Made by a program: the position numbers and the translations under genes. A stretch of 64,000 bases of DNA from Epiperipatus broadwayi (taxonomy: Eukaryota; Animalia; Onychophora), in assembly GCA_028023455.1 (NCBI GenBank), contig JAQFVV010000007.1:13516001-13580000 (forward strand). The letters are read 5' to 3'. Positions 25,750-39,860 of this stretch are shown here, one piece after another. The number at the start of each line of letters is the position of its first letter. Position 1 is the stretch's first letter. The notes beneath the pieces were generated by a model. The model had not been told where the DNA came from. It ran no database searches and saw only the letters and a program-made list of their open reading frames with translations.

Positions 25750-28700
25750 TTAGTTGTATGATAGTTTTCTTTGCAGCATTCACAGCATTGATGGTTGTTT
25801 TAACAATGACCATGTTGCTGCATATAAGTGGGGGTTGGTTATTATTTTATCTCTATTTTGAATGTGTAGCAGTTTGTTGCTAAATGTAGCTGGGTGTCAT
25901 CTGGTGTTATTGCCAATTAAGAAAGTACATCGGGTGCACCAGTACGCATATAGAACAAATGTGGCTGCCCTAATGCTAGGTATTGATCTTCCCTGAAAAG
26001 CAGCTATTATGTGATTAATGATTGTACCTGGTTTTTTGTAGGTGTTACACATCATCTGTCATGTTTGGTTAAGTGCTACACATTGATAAATATTGTGGTT
26101 TAGTGTCTCTTCTGCTCGATGGCAGAGTCCACAGAAGTTGTCAATAGATATATACATTCTTTTATGATAAAGAAAATGGGTTGTTAGCAAGGCAATGAGA
26201 TTGATTTTCATGGTAAAATCAAAGTATTTGGGCTCTAGAGCCCATTTTTTATATTCCTTGAGTAGTGTCTTGTTGTTAATTCCTAGCATAGGTTGTATAA
26301 CATTAGTATCTGCTTCTCTGTTTATTAAACCATAAATATCCCAGTATGAATACTTATGTAAATACTTTTCTGGAATCTTGTCTGTGGTTTTGCATTGGTA
26401 TATAAGGTTGGTGAAAAAGGAACCTTTTGGAGGTGGTCTATCTGTTGTAGTAACTTCTAGCAAGTGGTTAATTTTTGGGTATTTGGCAAGTATTGTGATT
26501 ATTGAGTTCCTTAACTTTTGTAGATGAAAAATATTGATGTTGTGCAAGCCAAGTACATTTTTTATTAGGGGTTGGCTAAGTTTTTTTGTAGAAATTGCTA
26601 CTGTTTTTCTGGTATAAAGTAGTTTATTATATATAGTTTTAATTTTTCAAATCAATCCCTTTGAGAATGAAATAACCGGTACATAGTAAGTTATTTTGGT
26701 TGTGATAAGCTGGTTAAGTAACTGTACTTTGGAATATAGTGAAAGATATGCCTTGGACAAGGAGTTTATAATTTTTGTGGCTTCTTCTTTAAGTTTATTT
26801 TGGATATGGCATCTCATTCCTGTAATTCGCATATGAAATGGGAACCCAAGAAAAGAGTTTGGTTTTGATTTGTAAATTGATGTACATGGTTTACCAGTGT
26901 ATAGTGACCAGGCTGTGGTTTTTGCTGGATTAAATGTTAATTCATATTTTTGTGAATATTCTTGTAATATCTTTTGGAGTTGCGGTATTTGTTTTTTTGA
27001 TGTTAGGAATATGGTAACGTCATCCATATAGGTGATGCATGTAGGGTGCTGTGTTGTGTCTGGTATCTCAATCCCAGTAAATGCATTTTGTATGCTTTTA
27101 ATAAGGGGATTAATGTAAAATATAAACAATAGTGAACTAAGAAAGGATCCTTGGGATATAGATTTGGTGGGTGTGAAAGATGGTGAGTTTCTTCCATTTA
27201 AAGTTATATGGATCTCTCTGTTCAGAAGCAGGTTAGCAATTATATATAGATGTGTTCTAGGAACTTCTGTGTCTTTTAGCATTTTTAGAAGTGTGTATAT
27301 ATTGACTGAGTCAAATGCAGTTTCTATGTCAAGCTGCACAACAATGGGTCCATATTTTTTCTACTGTTTTACTGTGGCTAGAATTGCTTTGAAGAATAAG
27401 GCTGCTTCTGTTGTTGAAGAGTTTTTCTTTGCATGTTGTGCTTCGGAGATAAGTGGCAGTATATACGGTTCAATTTCATCTTTAATAATTTTCTCCATAA
27501 TTTTGATCGGCAAAGGTCCCATAGATATTGGTCTGAGGTCTGTAATAGGTGGGATAATTGCTTTCTTTTTATTATAAGGTACTATGGCTATTGGATATAC
27601 ACCCTCCATGGGTTGAATTTGTTGCACTAGATGGTTTTCTAACTGACACAAATATTCTGTTGTGAATTTACTTAGATGCTTTAATACAAACAATGGGACT
27701 CCAGGACCACCTAGATGGCAAGCATTTCGAATAGTATTTAGTTTTGTTGTGAATAGATCTTTTGTGAATGGGGTTTTTGTCTCTGGTGGGCCAAACAGAT
27801 TATATGGTATTTTATATGGTTGTTTTTCTTGTAATTTCTCTTTAAAATATTCAAAAATTGGCATAATGATATTGTGTCCTGCGTATGTTCCACTATTTGT
27901 ATATAGTGCCATTGGCACATTTACATCTGGTTGGTTCCCCAGTGCCCATCTTATATAATCTCCTGTCCAAGTGTGTGGCCTGGTTAGGCATACCTTGCTT
28001 TTCTTTATCTTCAGATAGCTTTTGAGTTTATCACATGCTTTATTGAATGCATGTGCAAGTTTGAATATATACTGCTGGGTGCAGTGTGATGGGTTAATCA
28101 TGAGTATTCTCTGATGTAACTGATCTGCCAGAGACAAAAGTCTTGTTGGTGGAGGTTGTTTTTTTGTTATATGGTTGATGTTAAAGGACAACATTCCCAT
28201 AAATGCTAGATATTTCTGGACTAGATTGAAAGTCATATCTTTGATTTTGTTTAGCGTTATGTAGGTCTCAGAGAACAGAAATTCAGGGGTTGTTTCTGGG
28301 AGTAAAACTCTTATTGTTCTTGTAAGTGGAAAGGGTGATATTTGAATTTGGGCACAGACAATTGTGACTATTTGAGCTGAGTGATCGGAAAAAGTTGAAG
28401 AAGTTAGTTTTATTTCAATAAGGTGGTGAAGCACTGGAGAATAAAAGCACAGATCAATAAATGAAGAGAAGTGATTATTGTGGAAAGAGATGACATTATC
28501 CGGCAAAAAACCTTGGCCACTCATTAGTGGTATGTTTATTTTGTGAAGCCAATGTTGGGTAAATTCCTGGTATTTTAAATTAAGATCTCCAATTAAGATG
28601 GTTGGGTTTGAAGTTGTAGCTAACCTTGAATTAATGTTTGCAATTATGGTATCTATTTTTTTTATCCTGTAAAGGCATATATACAAAAACCAGATTTATT

Positions 28701-29030
28701 GTTATGCTTTTTTGGTTGAAGGTTGCAATTAATAAGTTCATATCAATGTGAATTACTTGGAACATTGTGAATGGGCAATTTCTAGCAATTATGAGTCCAG
28801 TGCCAACTGAGGGAGAGGAAGAGTCTCTGGAGCATGCACAGAAACCTTCCATATTTAAATGTTGGCTGGGTCAGTTTGTGATCCAGCATAAATTTTTGTC
28901 TCAAGTATACCAAGCAAGTGTGGTTGTATATCCTTGATCCAATGTTTTAACTTATTAATTTTTGAGGTTGAGTTCAAACCCCTGACATTGATTGCCGCAA
29001 TTTTTATTTTTATTATATGTTTTTGGTTGA
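25750..29030 (-). pseudogene. Tx1/L1-type ORF2 (APE endonuclease, RT, C-terminal CCHC), frameshifted
   Basis: AINVRGLN...GILETK; LVFVYMP; ILIGDLN; FIDLCF; TFSDHSA; DLRPISM..LPIKIMEKII; QLDIETAFDSV; QGSFLSSLLFIFYI; YMDDVTIF; CGLCHRAEETLNHNIYQC; LYAYWCTRC. Split over ORFs 28631-28852, 27361-28686, 26647-27339 and 26059-26547. Confidence 0.92.
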
Positions 29031-29039
29031 GATTTAAAT

Positions 29040-30568
29040 ATTAGGGTTGATCTGGTGTTTCTTCCCATTCATTCTCATATTCCATTTCCATATCTTCATC
29101 TGTTTCCACTGTAGTTGTATTGTTGTGATGAGAAAGGCTAAGGTTGGATTCTGTTTTGATTTTTTTTGGGCCCTCTATTTTTCTTTGGTGGGTGGCCTGG
29201 TCTTCTTCTTTGTTCTGTGTCAGCTTTGGTGATTTGAGGCATATTTGGGGTGATAGCTTCCATAATTTTCATTGTTGTATTAGTTTTAATATTGGGTGTT
29301 TGGTGTGTTATATATATTTTTTCTTGATCACTATTACTGTGTGAGTTTATTTGTTCTTTTATTATCTTTTTTTCATCAGTATCTTTGGTAGGCTGACTTA
29401 GATTGTGTGCTGTTTTTTTTCCATTGGAGCCTCTTGAGGCTGTTGACTTTCTGTTTTTTTATCAGTGGGGGTTTAAATTCTATTGGTTAATTTTGTTGAT
29501 AAATCCAGAATTTCAGATGCTGGCAATGTGTATGCAGTTTTTTTATTATTCAATTGCTGTTGATCTGTGGGGTTTTTATTAATTTTTTTCTTGTTTATTA
29601 GTTGTTTTCATTATCTGTTTTCTACTATTTGATTCCAGTTGGTGAGCTTCTGTTGGTTGATCTTCAGAGCTCAGTTGGTTTTTCTGGTTGATTTTGGTGT
29701 TGCAATTGATTGCTAAGTGTCCGGTTTCACTGCATGCAAAACATCTTGGCCTTAATCCTTTTATGTGAATGGTCAGTATTGCATTCTGGTCAATTATTTG
29801 TGTTGGAATATCCTCCGGGTTTACATTGTCATTCAGCTTTATTTTGAAATGAAAGTTGTTGCTGAAAACCGGTATGGGGATGTCAGATAAGTAGATTTGT
29901 TTTATATAAATAGCTTTGCCAAATGACTGTATTAATTTTTGAAAATCCTGAATGGTATATCCGAAGTAAGTGTTTTTAATTATTCCATTACAATAGTTTT
30001 GCAAGCTTTGATCGACTATTATTAGTGCGTAGCTTCCCAAAGTTTTTACTTTAGTTTGAAATCTTGCACGCTGATGTTCATTGAAAAACTGAATTGCAAC
30101 ATATCATGAGTTTGGATGCTCTCCAATACTAGAGACTGTATTTCACAATGCTGTTGCTGTCAGCTCCTTGTAAAGAAGCTCTCTGGGGAATTTATAGAGT
30201 GTTAAATTCCTATTGGTGACAGCTAACACTAATGATCTCGGTGAAAAAAATTTTTGGAAAATTGCGAATAATTTTTTTGGGATGGTGCTGTTGAAATTAA
30301 CGTTTATTTCTCGCAGTTCATCTTGATTCCATATCGTAGGGGAGGGCTCTTCATTATTGTTTTCTATGAGGTTTAAATTATTTATGTCAGCTTGATTTAC
30401 CTTTCTAAATCTTGCTGTCTGTATTAATGCTGGACTTTTTTCGATGCTGTGAGGCTGCTGGTTTATTTTTGTTACATTCGCATATGTTTTTGTGATAGTC
30501 ACAGTTTTCATTTTATCGCCATTTGTTTGAGTGCAATTTATGTCGTTTGCTTCTTGACATGAAGCCAT
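29040..30568 (-). pseudogene. Tx1-type ORF1 (gag-like, single CCHC knuckle), disrupted
   Basis: ATG at 30568; ORFs 30143-30568 and 29579-30040 separated by stops/frameshifts; CFACSETGHLAINC at 29702-29743; low-complexity Q/K/N tail. Confidence 0.8.
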
Positions 30569-30682
30569 GCTTGTTTATGACATTAGAATTTTTTATGTTA
30601 TGAACAACCGTGTTATTTACTTTTTGCTAGAAAACAACTGTTCAGTAATCAGCCATCGCTGTCTTTATCTATCACAGATATA

Positions 30683-30896
<214 letters not shown>

Positions 30897-31671
30897 TGTT
30901 TGAAAATGTTTACAAATTTTGTGTGAAATATTTTATCTTAACTAAATTTAATTCATTACTTTTTCTTTTATATTTAAAATGTCCTTAACAAAAATATTCT
31001 CCATGTTTGAACATTTCATATCTATAATGAAACCTTTTTTTTTTATTATATGGTGATAAACTCTACATTATTTATTACAAAAGTAACCCTTCAAATGAGG
31101 GGAGTTTTAAAAGTTATTATTTGAACTTTGTAAAATAAGCAAATAAATTAAACAGTGATCATAATTATAATCATGGCATTTAGAATTATTAGATATAATT
31201 ATGTCTTTCCAAAAAGTTTGTAGAATATATTTCTTATTTGAATTTGAATTTTAAAATTCAAAATATACTTAGAGTTAGGTATCATTAAAGAAGTAAAATA
31301 TATATTAAAAATAATGATTTAAATTAATGATAAAATTGTAAAAAAAATATCCAGTATTAACAAAAAGCCATTCACCTTTCTTGTTACTTAAGTTGATACA
31401 GCATTCCCTTTGCCATAACAAACTTTTTACAACTTGTCTTTTTTAAAAATAAATATTTTGAACATATTTGATTTAGGGGAAATAAATATTTACAGAAATA
31501 TTGCACACTAAATCATTAATATGTAAACAAATTACTGAAAAATACAAATTTTTGCTATGAAAACAATCTTTCTATTACATGTCTTCTGCTAAATAATTCA
31601 CCAAATCAAAAAAAATGCAATTTCCATTGATATCAAAATGAGAAGCTCTGTCTCTGTTTTTTTTAAGTCAT

Positions 31672-31755
31672 AGCATCGGCCAGGGTTCAAACCTGCAACC
31701 CGGGCAACTGCCTGCAAATGTCAGGCAGTCATGCTGACCTCTCGACCACCAATGC
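31672..31755 (-). pseudogene. tRNA-Gly-like element with insertions in the anticodon and T regions
   Basis: Reverse complement GCATTGGTGGTCGAGAGGTCAGCATGACTGCCTGACATTTGCAGGCAGTTGCCCGGGTTGCAGGTTTGAACCCTGGCCGATGC; 7-bp acceptor stem intact, ACTGCCTG/CAGGCAGT extended stem. Confidence 0.7.
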
Positions 31756-34700
31756 AAGACAATATCTCTGTTTTTATATGCAAAATATAGTGTACTTTCC
31801 TAAAAGCTTATCTGATGCAAACATATAAAGATTATTTTAAGTAATAATTTTTAAATGATTTCCATGTTAAAATAAAACTGTGCATGGAAATCTAATATTA
31901 CAGAAAGAACAAAGTAATGAAGAAAAGATATTGCCATTGAAGTATGATTGTAATTCAACATATAACAATAATTCAGCAACAGGGTAGCCATGAATATGAT
32001 GCATATTGTTAAGTGGCAGTAATATTTAAAATAAGTAAAGTTCTGTGTTTGATGTAGGACACACACTAGGATTATGTTCCAACAGATTAATATAGTAATG
32101 AAAAAAAATTCTATAAGATTTTAAAAAGTACAACTTTTGTGAATAGTTAAACTATTATCCAGAGCAATTTTATAACTATTTATTGTTATTTTTTAAGTTT
32201 TAAAAACAAAACAGTCCTTTTTTAACACAAACTATTAGACTGTGGAATGATGCACTTATAATGAAAATATATATTATTTCAAATTTTTAAAATTTTCTTT
32301 ATAAATATTTAATTAATTACTTGAATGTCCTGCATATATAGTGCTCTTGTAGATTGGTGATTTCTGGAAGTCATCATCCATGAATGGAATCTGGCTGATT
32401 CTCTTTTAAGTTAGTTAATAAATTAAACTATAATGAAATATGAATAATTAATGAAATATAATTGTTTTAGTCAAATATTACATTAAACCAATTTTTGATT
32501 TTATAGTAATAACTTGTAAATTTGACAAAATATGAATCCATGCATAAAAAAGTACATAATTCATAAAAAAGCAAGTGGGATTGTGGTTCCATTCCATCAT
32601 TATTATGTTATGCTAATACAGTATCTAAGTTTATTATTACTTACAAGTATATTTTTAATTGAAAACAAAAAGTACATATATAAAAGTAAAAATATTAATT
32701 ATTTTTATTAATAGTGAATATATAAATTACTATTAATAAATGATATGGTTATTCATAAGCATTATGAAATTTTACTTGAATTACAATTACCTCTTGAAAA
32801 AAACTTCAAGTTGTTAGTTGATTTTAAAAACACAAAATTTCGATTAAAATATAATGTTAGTTTATTTTGTAATTGCTTTTAATCCTGAAAAGTAGCAATT
32901 ACAAAAATACTATACATCTGAGAAATATATATTTTTTTAAAAAAAGATTAAAATGTTGTTGTATGATAATTTATTATCTAAATGGTGATTTTAATTACAT
33001 TATCCCTGAATTTAATTATTTAAAATAAAACAAATCAATTCGTAGAATCTTGAGAATATAAATTGAAACTATGTACATTTTATAAATTTTGAAAAGTATT
33101 TAAAACTTCAATTTAACATACATTTTTGAAACAACAAAATAAAAACATGAAAATGAAAAATAAACCCCAAAATAATATATTTCTTGCTGGCTGAATGAGC
33201 ATTCTTATGCCACAATCATTTACATATGTAAATAATGTAATGATTTATAAATACTTAACAAATGATGAAGACAAGTATAATAGATAGTAATATGTGTCAA
33301 CTAAGGAATTCTGGTTTAGCATCAAGTCCATCTTGGAATACAAAATTGTTTTAGGCAGCTGATGACATCAACTGTGACAGAAATATGCATGCAGCAAAGA
33401 AGGTTGGGTTTTTTTTACGAAGACTGCTATTTAAAAGATCATAAAAAATTTTATGAATGGCATAAGATAAAACCCTATATATATATATGTATTCACAAAG
33501 TTATATAAATAAAAATAATTGAATGGTTTTATTTATCAAGAGTTTGATAAATATTTTGATGATCACGAGTGGATGACCTGGAAGGATTTGATGATCCAGA
33601 TTAAAATACTCTATAACTGCAACAAAACATGCAGGAAAAATAATTTTATTGCTCAATAGTTTATATAATGTTCGAGTGCAGGATGGTCCAAGGACCTTAT
33701 GCATCAGAGTCTGATACCTAACACTGAATTAAACCATGCAGGACAATAAGTAATAAAATGGTCTTATTGTTTAGAAATTTATAAAAGGTTTTAGTATAGG
33801 AAATGCCAGAAGTATAATCTTAGAATCTTATACTTCAAAGTCTGACACTATCCTTGCATTAATCCACGCAGTCAACACGCACACACACATACGTATGTAT
33901 ACGCACTTATTTAAATACGTATTCATAATTTATTCTCACAACAAGATCATGAAAAAAAAAATCAAAATTATAAAAATAAAGATACTATATGCTATGTATG
34001 TGTATATACGCATATAAGTTTATTTTTTAAAAAAGGAAAATCTAATTTTCTTCATAATAATTTTCGAAAAACAAAAATGATTTTTAATGTTTGGGGATAT
34101 AAAAACCTTTACTTTAAATATTGATTTTCTTAAATTACCTGCGTTTAGATTTATGCAAAATAAATAAAATCTTATCAAGAATGAAAACTTGTGCAAGAAT
34201 ATTGATTGGCTTTGGCCATGTTCTAGGGAAGAATTTGACATTTATTTTGTATTAGAGGTTTGTATTAATTTGATTATTTTACCTCAAAGGCTCCCTCATG
34301 GTCTTGATTTACAGTTTTTTCCCTTCACCTTTTTTCAGTTTTTCGTAAAGTGTTTTTTTTTTCTTACAATATTTTCAATTATTAAATTTATTTTTATTAA
34401 GAAGAAATATTTTATTCAAACAGTTTAGATGAGGCTTGAAGTAATTTTAACACCTTAGATTGTGGAAAAGAACTAGTAGCATTTCTAATGGAGAATTTGA
34501 AGGAGACATTTATCAATCTTGATTTGAAAAGATTAAAATAATAAATCAGTCAAGAGCTTCGGGAATACACAACTATAAAAAAAATCAAACAATCAAACAA
34601 TCTAAAGTTTAAATAGTAAATCAATTCTGCTACTTAAATACACATACAAGTTTTATTTTTAGTTTGTTTGTTTTTAAATTATATATATATGTATTGCGTG

Positions 34701-34821
34701 TAAGTTGTGAAATTGATAGACAAGCAATATTGATTTTGGGATACCTTAGAATTTCTTAGTGAAATGCCTAATGAAGCATTTAAAAGTTATTAATCATCAA
34801 GAAATTTTATATATATGTCAA

Positions 34822-34893
34822 AGCGTTGACCGGGAAGCGAACCCGGGCCAGCTGCTTGGAAGGCAGCTATGCTAACTGCTAGGCCACCAACGC
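34822..34893 (-). tRNA. tRNA-Gly(TCC): tRNA-Gly(TCC) variant, probably non-functional (G18->A, A58->C)
   Basis: Reverse complement GCGTTGG TG GCCTAGCAGTTAGCAT A GCTGC CTTCCAA GCAGC TGGC CCGGG TTCGCTT CCCGG TCAACGC T; acceptor, anticodon and T stems pair, but invariant positions are altered and there is no oligo-T terminator. Confidence 0.85.
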
Positions 34894-35229
34894 TTGGCAT
34901 CATCATCATGAAACTTTTGTCATTACTATGTTACTAATTTTTAACAAAAGTATGCATGTATATCAAGTTCTTTTTTCCAAAGATATTATAATAGTATATG
35001 AAATAACAACACTTGATCATCATCATTGATAGATTGTCACTGCTGACCTTTCTGTAAACATGAAATATCACAATATTTTAAAATTTAGAACCAATCATAT
35101 GCAGCAACATTCACACAATGTGTCTCAATGAAAATGTAACTATTTTTTTTCTCCAAAATTCCAACAACACCATGTCTAAATCAACATGTACATTCTGTAG
35201 TAATGTAGTTTAACTATTCATCTCAAATG

Positions 35230-35470
35230 TTTTAAAGTGATGGTATGTCTGGATCATGAATTTTGACATGAAATGTGTAGGTGTGTCTTATAATTTGATA
35301 TATCATCTACTATCCCACTTTTGCCATCACATATTTTTGCAATTCATGGTTTCACTGCCACATAGAGTTAAAATTAATCCAAATGTTATAGTATCATTTT
35401 TTCCCAATTTGAACAAAATTAACTTATTGTGGGTTGAACTACAAAATGAAGTAGTGCATTTCATTTTATA
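35230..35470 (-). mobile_element. Mariner transposase remnant, related to 4866-5216
   Basis: Minus ORF contains FKLGKNDTITFGLILTLCGSETMNCKN; downstream ctggatcatgaatttt..atgaaatgtg resembles 5005-5035. Confidence 0.6.
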
Positions 35471-36449
35471 ATTCACAATCAAATTGTGCTGTAATGTAAA
35501 GCACACAATATTTATATGTGGCACAAAAGTACTTTGGAAAGGGAGCCAGTATTTTTTTCACTTCATCACACTATTTATATGTGCGAGATGCTGAATTTAG
35601 CATATTGATTGAGTCCAAAGTCAAATAATGGAATAATCTTCAGAAATGATAATAACTGACAAACAGAACATGCTGAACAAAATATATTTCTTTCTGTCTT
35701 TTAGAATGAGATATTGGTGAGCTTTCTGAAACCAATTACTGTTTGATATTTTAGTGCAACCATCAGGTACAGAATACCTCCCTAGCAACTATTCTGTAAA
35801 AATGATCAAGTAATTAAAATTTGAACTTAAATGTACAATTATTTATATTAATTTCAACTAAAATATCTAAATGTCAGTATCATTTTCAAAAAAACAAAAA
35901 CAAAAAAAATGGGGTTAAATTCAGGAAATAGTTATTACTCATTACATTTGCATAATCTTTGCTTTTATTAAAACATTGAACTGGAAAATTGTAAGTTTAC
36001 ACATAATTTGTTTTATTAATTTATTTCTATTTTTGTAAAACAAAAAATATTAATTTTTAGTAAGTATATAATGTTTACCTTTAGGTTTTATTTGAGTATC
36101 TATCTTTCTTTCTAACAGAAAATAAGTCAAGAAAAGTTTTAAAACATAAACAAAATGAGATTAGTGGCCAAAACAAAAACACAAAAACCTAAACAACTAT
36201 TAGAAATTCATACATATTACTTTTTGCCATATTTTTGTACTTAGAAGATGAATTTTTTAACTTCAAAGATTTTATTTAGTACTTTAATGTAGTTTTTACT
36301 GATATGTGGTATGAATACATATTTGGTTTACAATTATTTATTATTTGCACATTAAACCTCTTTTGTGAGCTTTGATAAAGAACTTTCTTACATCAATAAC
36401 TGTTATTAAAAATGTGCAGCCACCTACTTCTTATGTTTTGATGGTATTT

Positions 36450-36900
36450 AAATGAACATTTATTGACATGGCAGGAATAAAGAATAATATTTATATCATA
36501 TCTAGATTTTAAATATATGATAAATCATTCTGGAATTAGATCTATATATCACAGGACAAAGATAGTATCATATTTCTATTTACTGGTAATATTTACAAAT
36601 ATAGGTAATAAAGATTCATAGTTCATTATGGTGCAAAATGAATGGTAGTCAACTAATAATTTTATGGTCTACAAATAAACAGCACATCTATCTTAATAAA
36701 TATTAATAAATAATAGGTAATCATTTGTTTCTTAATGTATAATAATATTTTAATGAATAGGCATAAACGTTTCTGGAAGAAGTATGTGATATTTATACAT
36801 TGAACAGATTTTAAATATGGCTTAAATCATTTTGAATTTAGATCTATATATAGACAGAACAAAGACAGCAAATCATTTTTAATAACATGTAATATTAACA
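36450..36900. repeat. Degenerate ~300-bp tandem duplication
   Basis: agattttaaatat...aaatcatt.tg.a.ttagatctatatat...g.acaaaga at ~36505 and ~36805. Confidence 0.65.
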
Positions 36901-36935
36901 CTAAGTTCATACATATAAATAATTAAAATGCATAG

Positions 36936-36939
<4 letters not shown>

Positions 36940-36987
<48 letters not shown>
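36940..36987. repeat. (TA)n microsatellite
   Basis: Direct reading. Confidence 0.95.
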
Positions 36988-36992
<5 letters not shown>

Positions 36993-37149
36993 CTAAATCA
37001 CTACCAATGTTTTCATTGCTACTAGCAGACTTATCATGTATAAAGAACTACAAAATAACATATTTAAATGAAACATTACCCACAATTCCACTTGCCTCCC
37101 ATCTATTCTAATGTTAAATAAAATAACTGCTTTAGAATAATAAATTTCT

Positions 37150-38150
37150 AATAATAAAGGTTCTTTAATTCTTGTTTTAATTTCATTTTTCTCAGAGAGA
37201 AAAAAGATTGTTTATATGTAAAGTTATTTGCTAAGTATGTGGATGATTGTTTGTTTGTAGTTGAGAATGATAATTTGGAAGAGTTGTTAAATGAGTTTAA
37301 TTGCTTTGATCATTTATAAGATGGGGTTAGGTTTTGTTAAGTTAAAATTTTTAGCACTTCTATAAATTAAAAATGTAAAGAATAAGTGTTTGGTATGCAG
37401 TCATTATGTTAAGGATTAAAGAGTTAAGTCTACAATTAAATCTGATAGCAATCAATTTGTATCTCATAAAGTAGTTGCTTTAAGAAATTATTCTTATAGA
37501 CATAAGAGATTGAATAATTTTAATGGAGTAGCTTTGTTTCAAAAAAGTCAATTTCATAAAGATTATTTCAGTGTTGGCTACTCTGATAAATTTGCTAAAA
37601 TAATTTTATTTAATAATAATAATATTTGTAATGATGTAAAAGATATAAAAAATGATTTTATTTATTTGCCATTTAAATTGTCACTCTATAAAATTGTATG
37701 TAAAAGTAGTATTTTTTTGGAAATAAGAAAATTGCTTGGAAAAGGAATATTATTTTCAATAATTTATTAAATAATACAAAATATTTTCTGATAGAAAGAC
37801 TATTCCTGGACTAATGTATATTATTATTTGTTTTTATAAGAAGGTATATATAGGTCAGAATAGTTTGAGTTTAAATGAAAGAATAAAGTTACACAAAAGT
37901 AGGTCAGACATGGATATCTTAGTTCATCTTTATATATTCACATAAAAGATACAGGCCACATTATTAATTTTAAAGAAGCTAAGGTTGTCTTTTTTTAGAA
38001 AAATGAAATTAAAAGAATTAAAGAATATTGTTTAAAATGTATGATTCTGAAGCAGTTAACTTATTTAAAAGTTTTTTTAATATTAAGGGTGGATGGGAGT
38101 TGAGGGGGACTGTGGGTAATGTTTAGTTTCAATATGTTATTTTGTAGTTC
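37150..38150 (+). mobile_element. Penelope-like element remnant (RT C-terminus and GIY-YIG endonuclease)
   Basis: VKLFAKYVDDCLFVVE..LEELLNEFN (YVDD at 37236-37247); GLMYIII...VYIGQNS.SLNERIKLHK (37808-37890); GHIINFKEAKVV. Confidence 0.8.
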
Positions 38151-38270
38151 TTTACACATGAGAAGTCTGATTGTAGCAGTGATATTTTAGAAATTATTTT
38201 TTTGACTAGACTGGTTGAATTGTGAATTTGGACTAATTTTGATTATTGATTGACTAGTTTAACTTTATGC

Positions 38271-38312
<42 letters not shown>

Positions 38313-39379
38313 GCATAAAGGCACAATATATATATATATTGCAACCCTCAACACGTCTCCTACCTTTTTTATCAACAAATACCAAGGGGCACCAATTCTA
38401 TTGGTAATAGAATAAACAACTAATCTGATCTTGTTTTAAAATTATTAATGAGACTCTTAAAATACTGTCCTGCCTAAGCTTAGCTCAGTTGGGGGCTACA
38501 GAGATCTATAAGATGTAAAATGTATACTAGATATGGGAGGAAACATTATGATTAATAAAAATAAAACATCTATTAAGTTCTAAAATAAATAAGTAATTGG
38601 AATTGGTAACGTTCTACTATTTAAATTGACAAGTTATAGTCTATACCTCATCTCCTCCCATCATCCACATGCATTGAATGACGTCTACTGTATGATAAAA
38701 TTAAATTAATAAAATAAAGATGTAATGCTGATTAACTATACTGTATGGTAAGTTACAGTTAAATACAAAATAAAATATAACACTATTTAACTTTTAGTTG
38801 TACAGTAATTTAAAATAAGTAACTGAATTAATGTCTAATCTAAAATAGTAAGGGAATATCTCATGGAATTAATTTATTGCATAGCTTAATTTTAAATCTA
38901 TACTTTATAACAACTACTATTTACTGTCATAAAAATAATGATACAAATTAAGCATTATTCTACTAAAAATGGTAGTAGTTAGATAATGAAAGAAATAGGG
39001 TCCATTTTGATTTTAATTCATCATCTAAATAATAACAGAGTAATAAAATTTTCAGAGAATCATTAAATAATCAAACATTTCATATAGTGTTTGTATCAAG
39101 CAAAGCAACATCATCAGATCTGGACATGTTCTTTATTAAATTATGGAATAGTGCAATCATATCATATTGGATATGTAAGTGTGTGTGCATGTGTGAAATA
39201 CAGAGCATGAATGCATGCCAAAGAAGAACTCTGAGCAAAGCTTTTAAATAAATAAAACATTTATTGCAATATAATTAAATAAAAATTTGATTTTTTAATT
39301 TAAGCTTATACTTGTTTTAAAATAATACCAACATCAATGATTAAATAGTATATATGAGAATAAATAATATAAAAAACTT

Positions 39380-39860
39380 TCTGTATTTTATTTCAACATA
39401 TGCCAGCTATCAGTGCACTCTGATAAGTTTATGAAAAGAAACATTATAATACTAGCACTAAAATAATAGACATGAAACTAAACTTCTTGGTATCTTACTT
39501 ATAAAATCTACTCAAGCTATGAACCAATTCTGATAAATCTATGACACAGAAACATTATAATACTACACTAAGGTAACTAAGTATGAAATTAACTTCTTGT
39601 AATTTTACTTCAAATACACATACATTATCAGTAAATTCTGATATGATTATGGGAAAGAAAACTTTATTTAAACATCACACCAGAATAATTAAATATAAAA
39701 TTACTTTTTTGTATTTTATATTCAATATACTCAAGCTATCAATCAATTTTGATATGCTCATGAAAAATAAATCTCTATTAAACACTGGCTTTAGAATTAT
39801 AAAATGTGAAACTAAAATTCTTGACATTTTTACTTCAAATGCACATCAAAATAATATGAG
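39380..39860. repeat. Degenerate ~110-bp minisatellite, ~4.5 units
   Basis: Units starting cagctatc/caagctatg/cattatc/caagctatc at ~39404, 39513, 39622 and 39732, each with tctgata..atg..aaa..att.taa.ac..cac and aacttcttg/tttacttc. Confidence 0.75.

Noticed and set aside
27164-29344. Plus-strand ORFs overlapping the Tx1 element
   Set aside because: Antisense shadows of the minus-strand ORF1/ORF2, with no independent motifs.
33354-33396. CTGATGA...GAAATATGCAT hammerhead-like string
   Set aside because: Stem II is only 3 bp with terminal mismatches, there is no stem I pairing, and position 17 is G.
38150-38195. Possible HHR after the 37150-38150 PLE (catgagaag-tctg..cag-tgata)
   Set aside because: Needs several edits in invariant positions.
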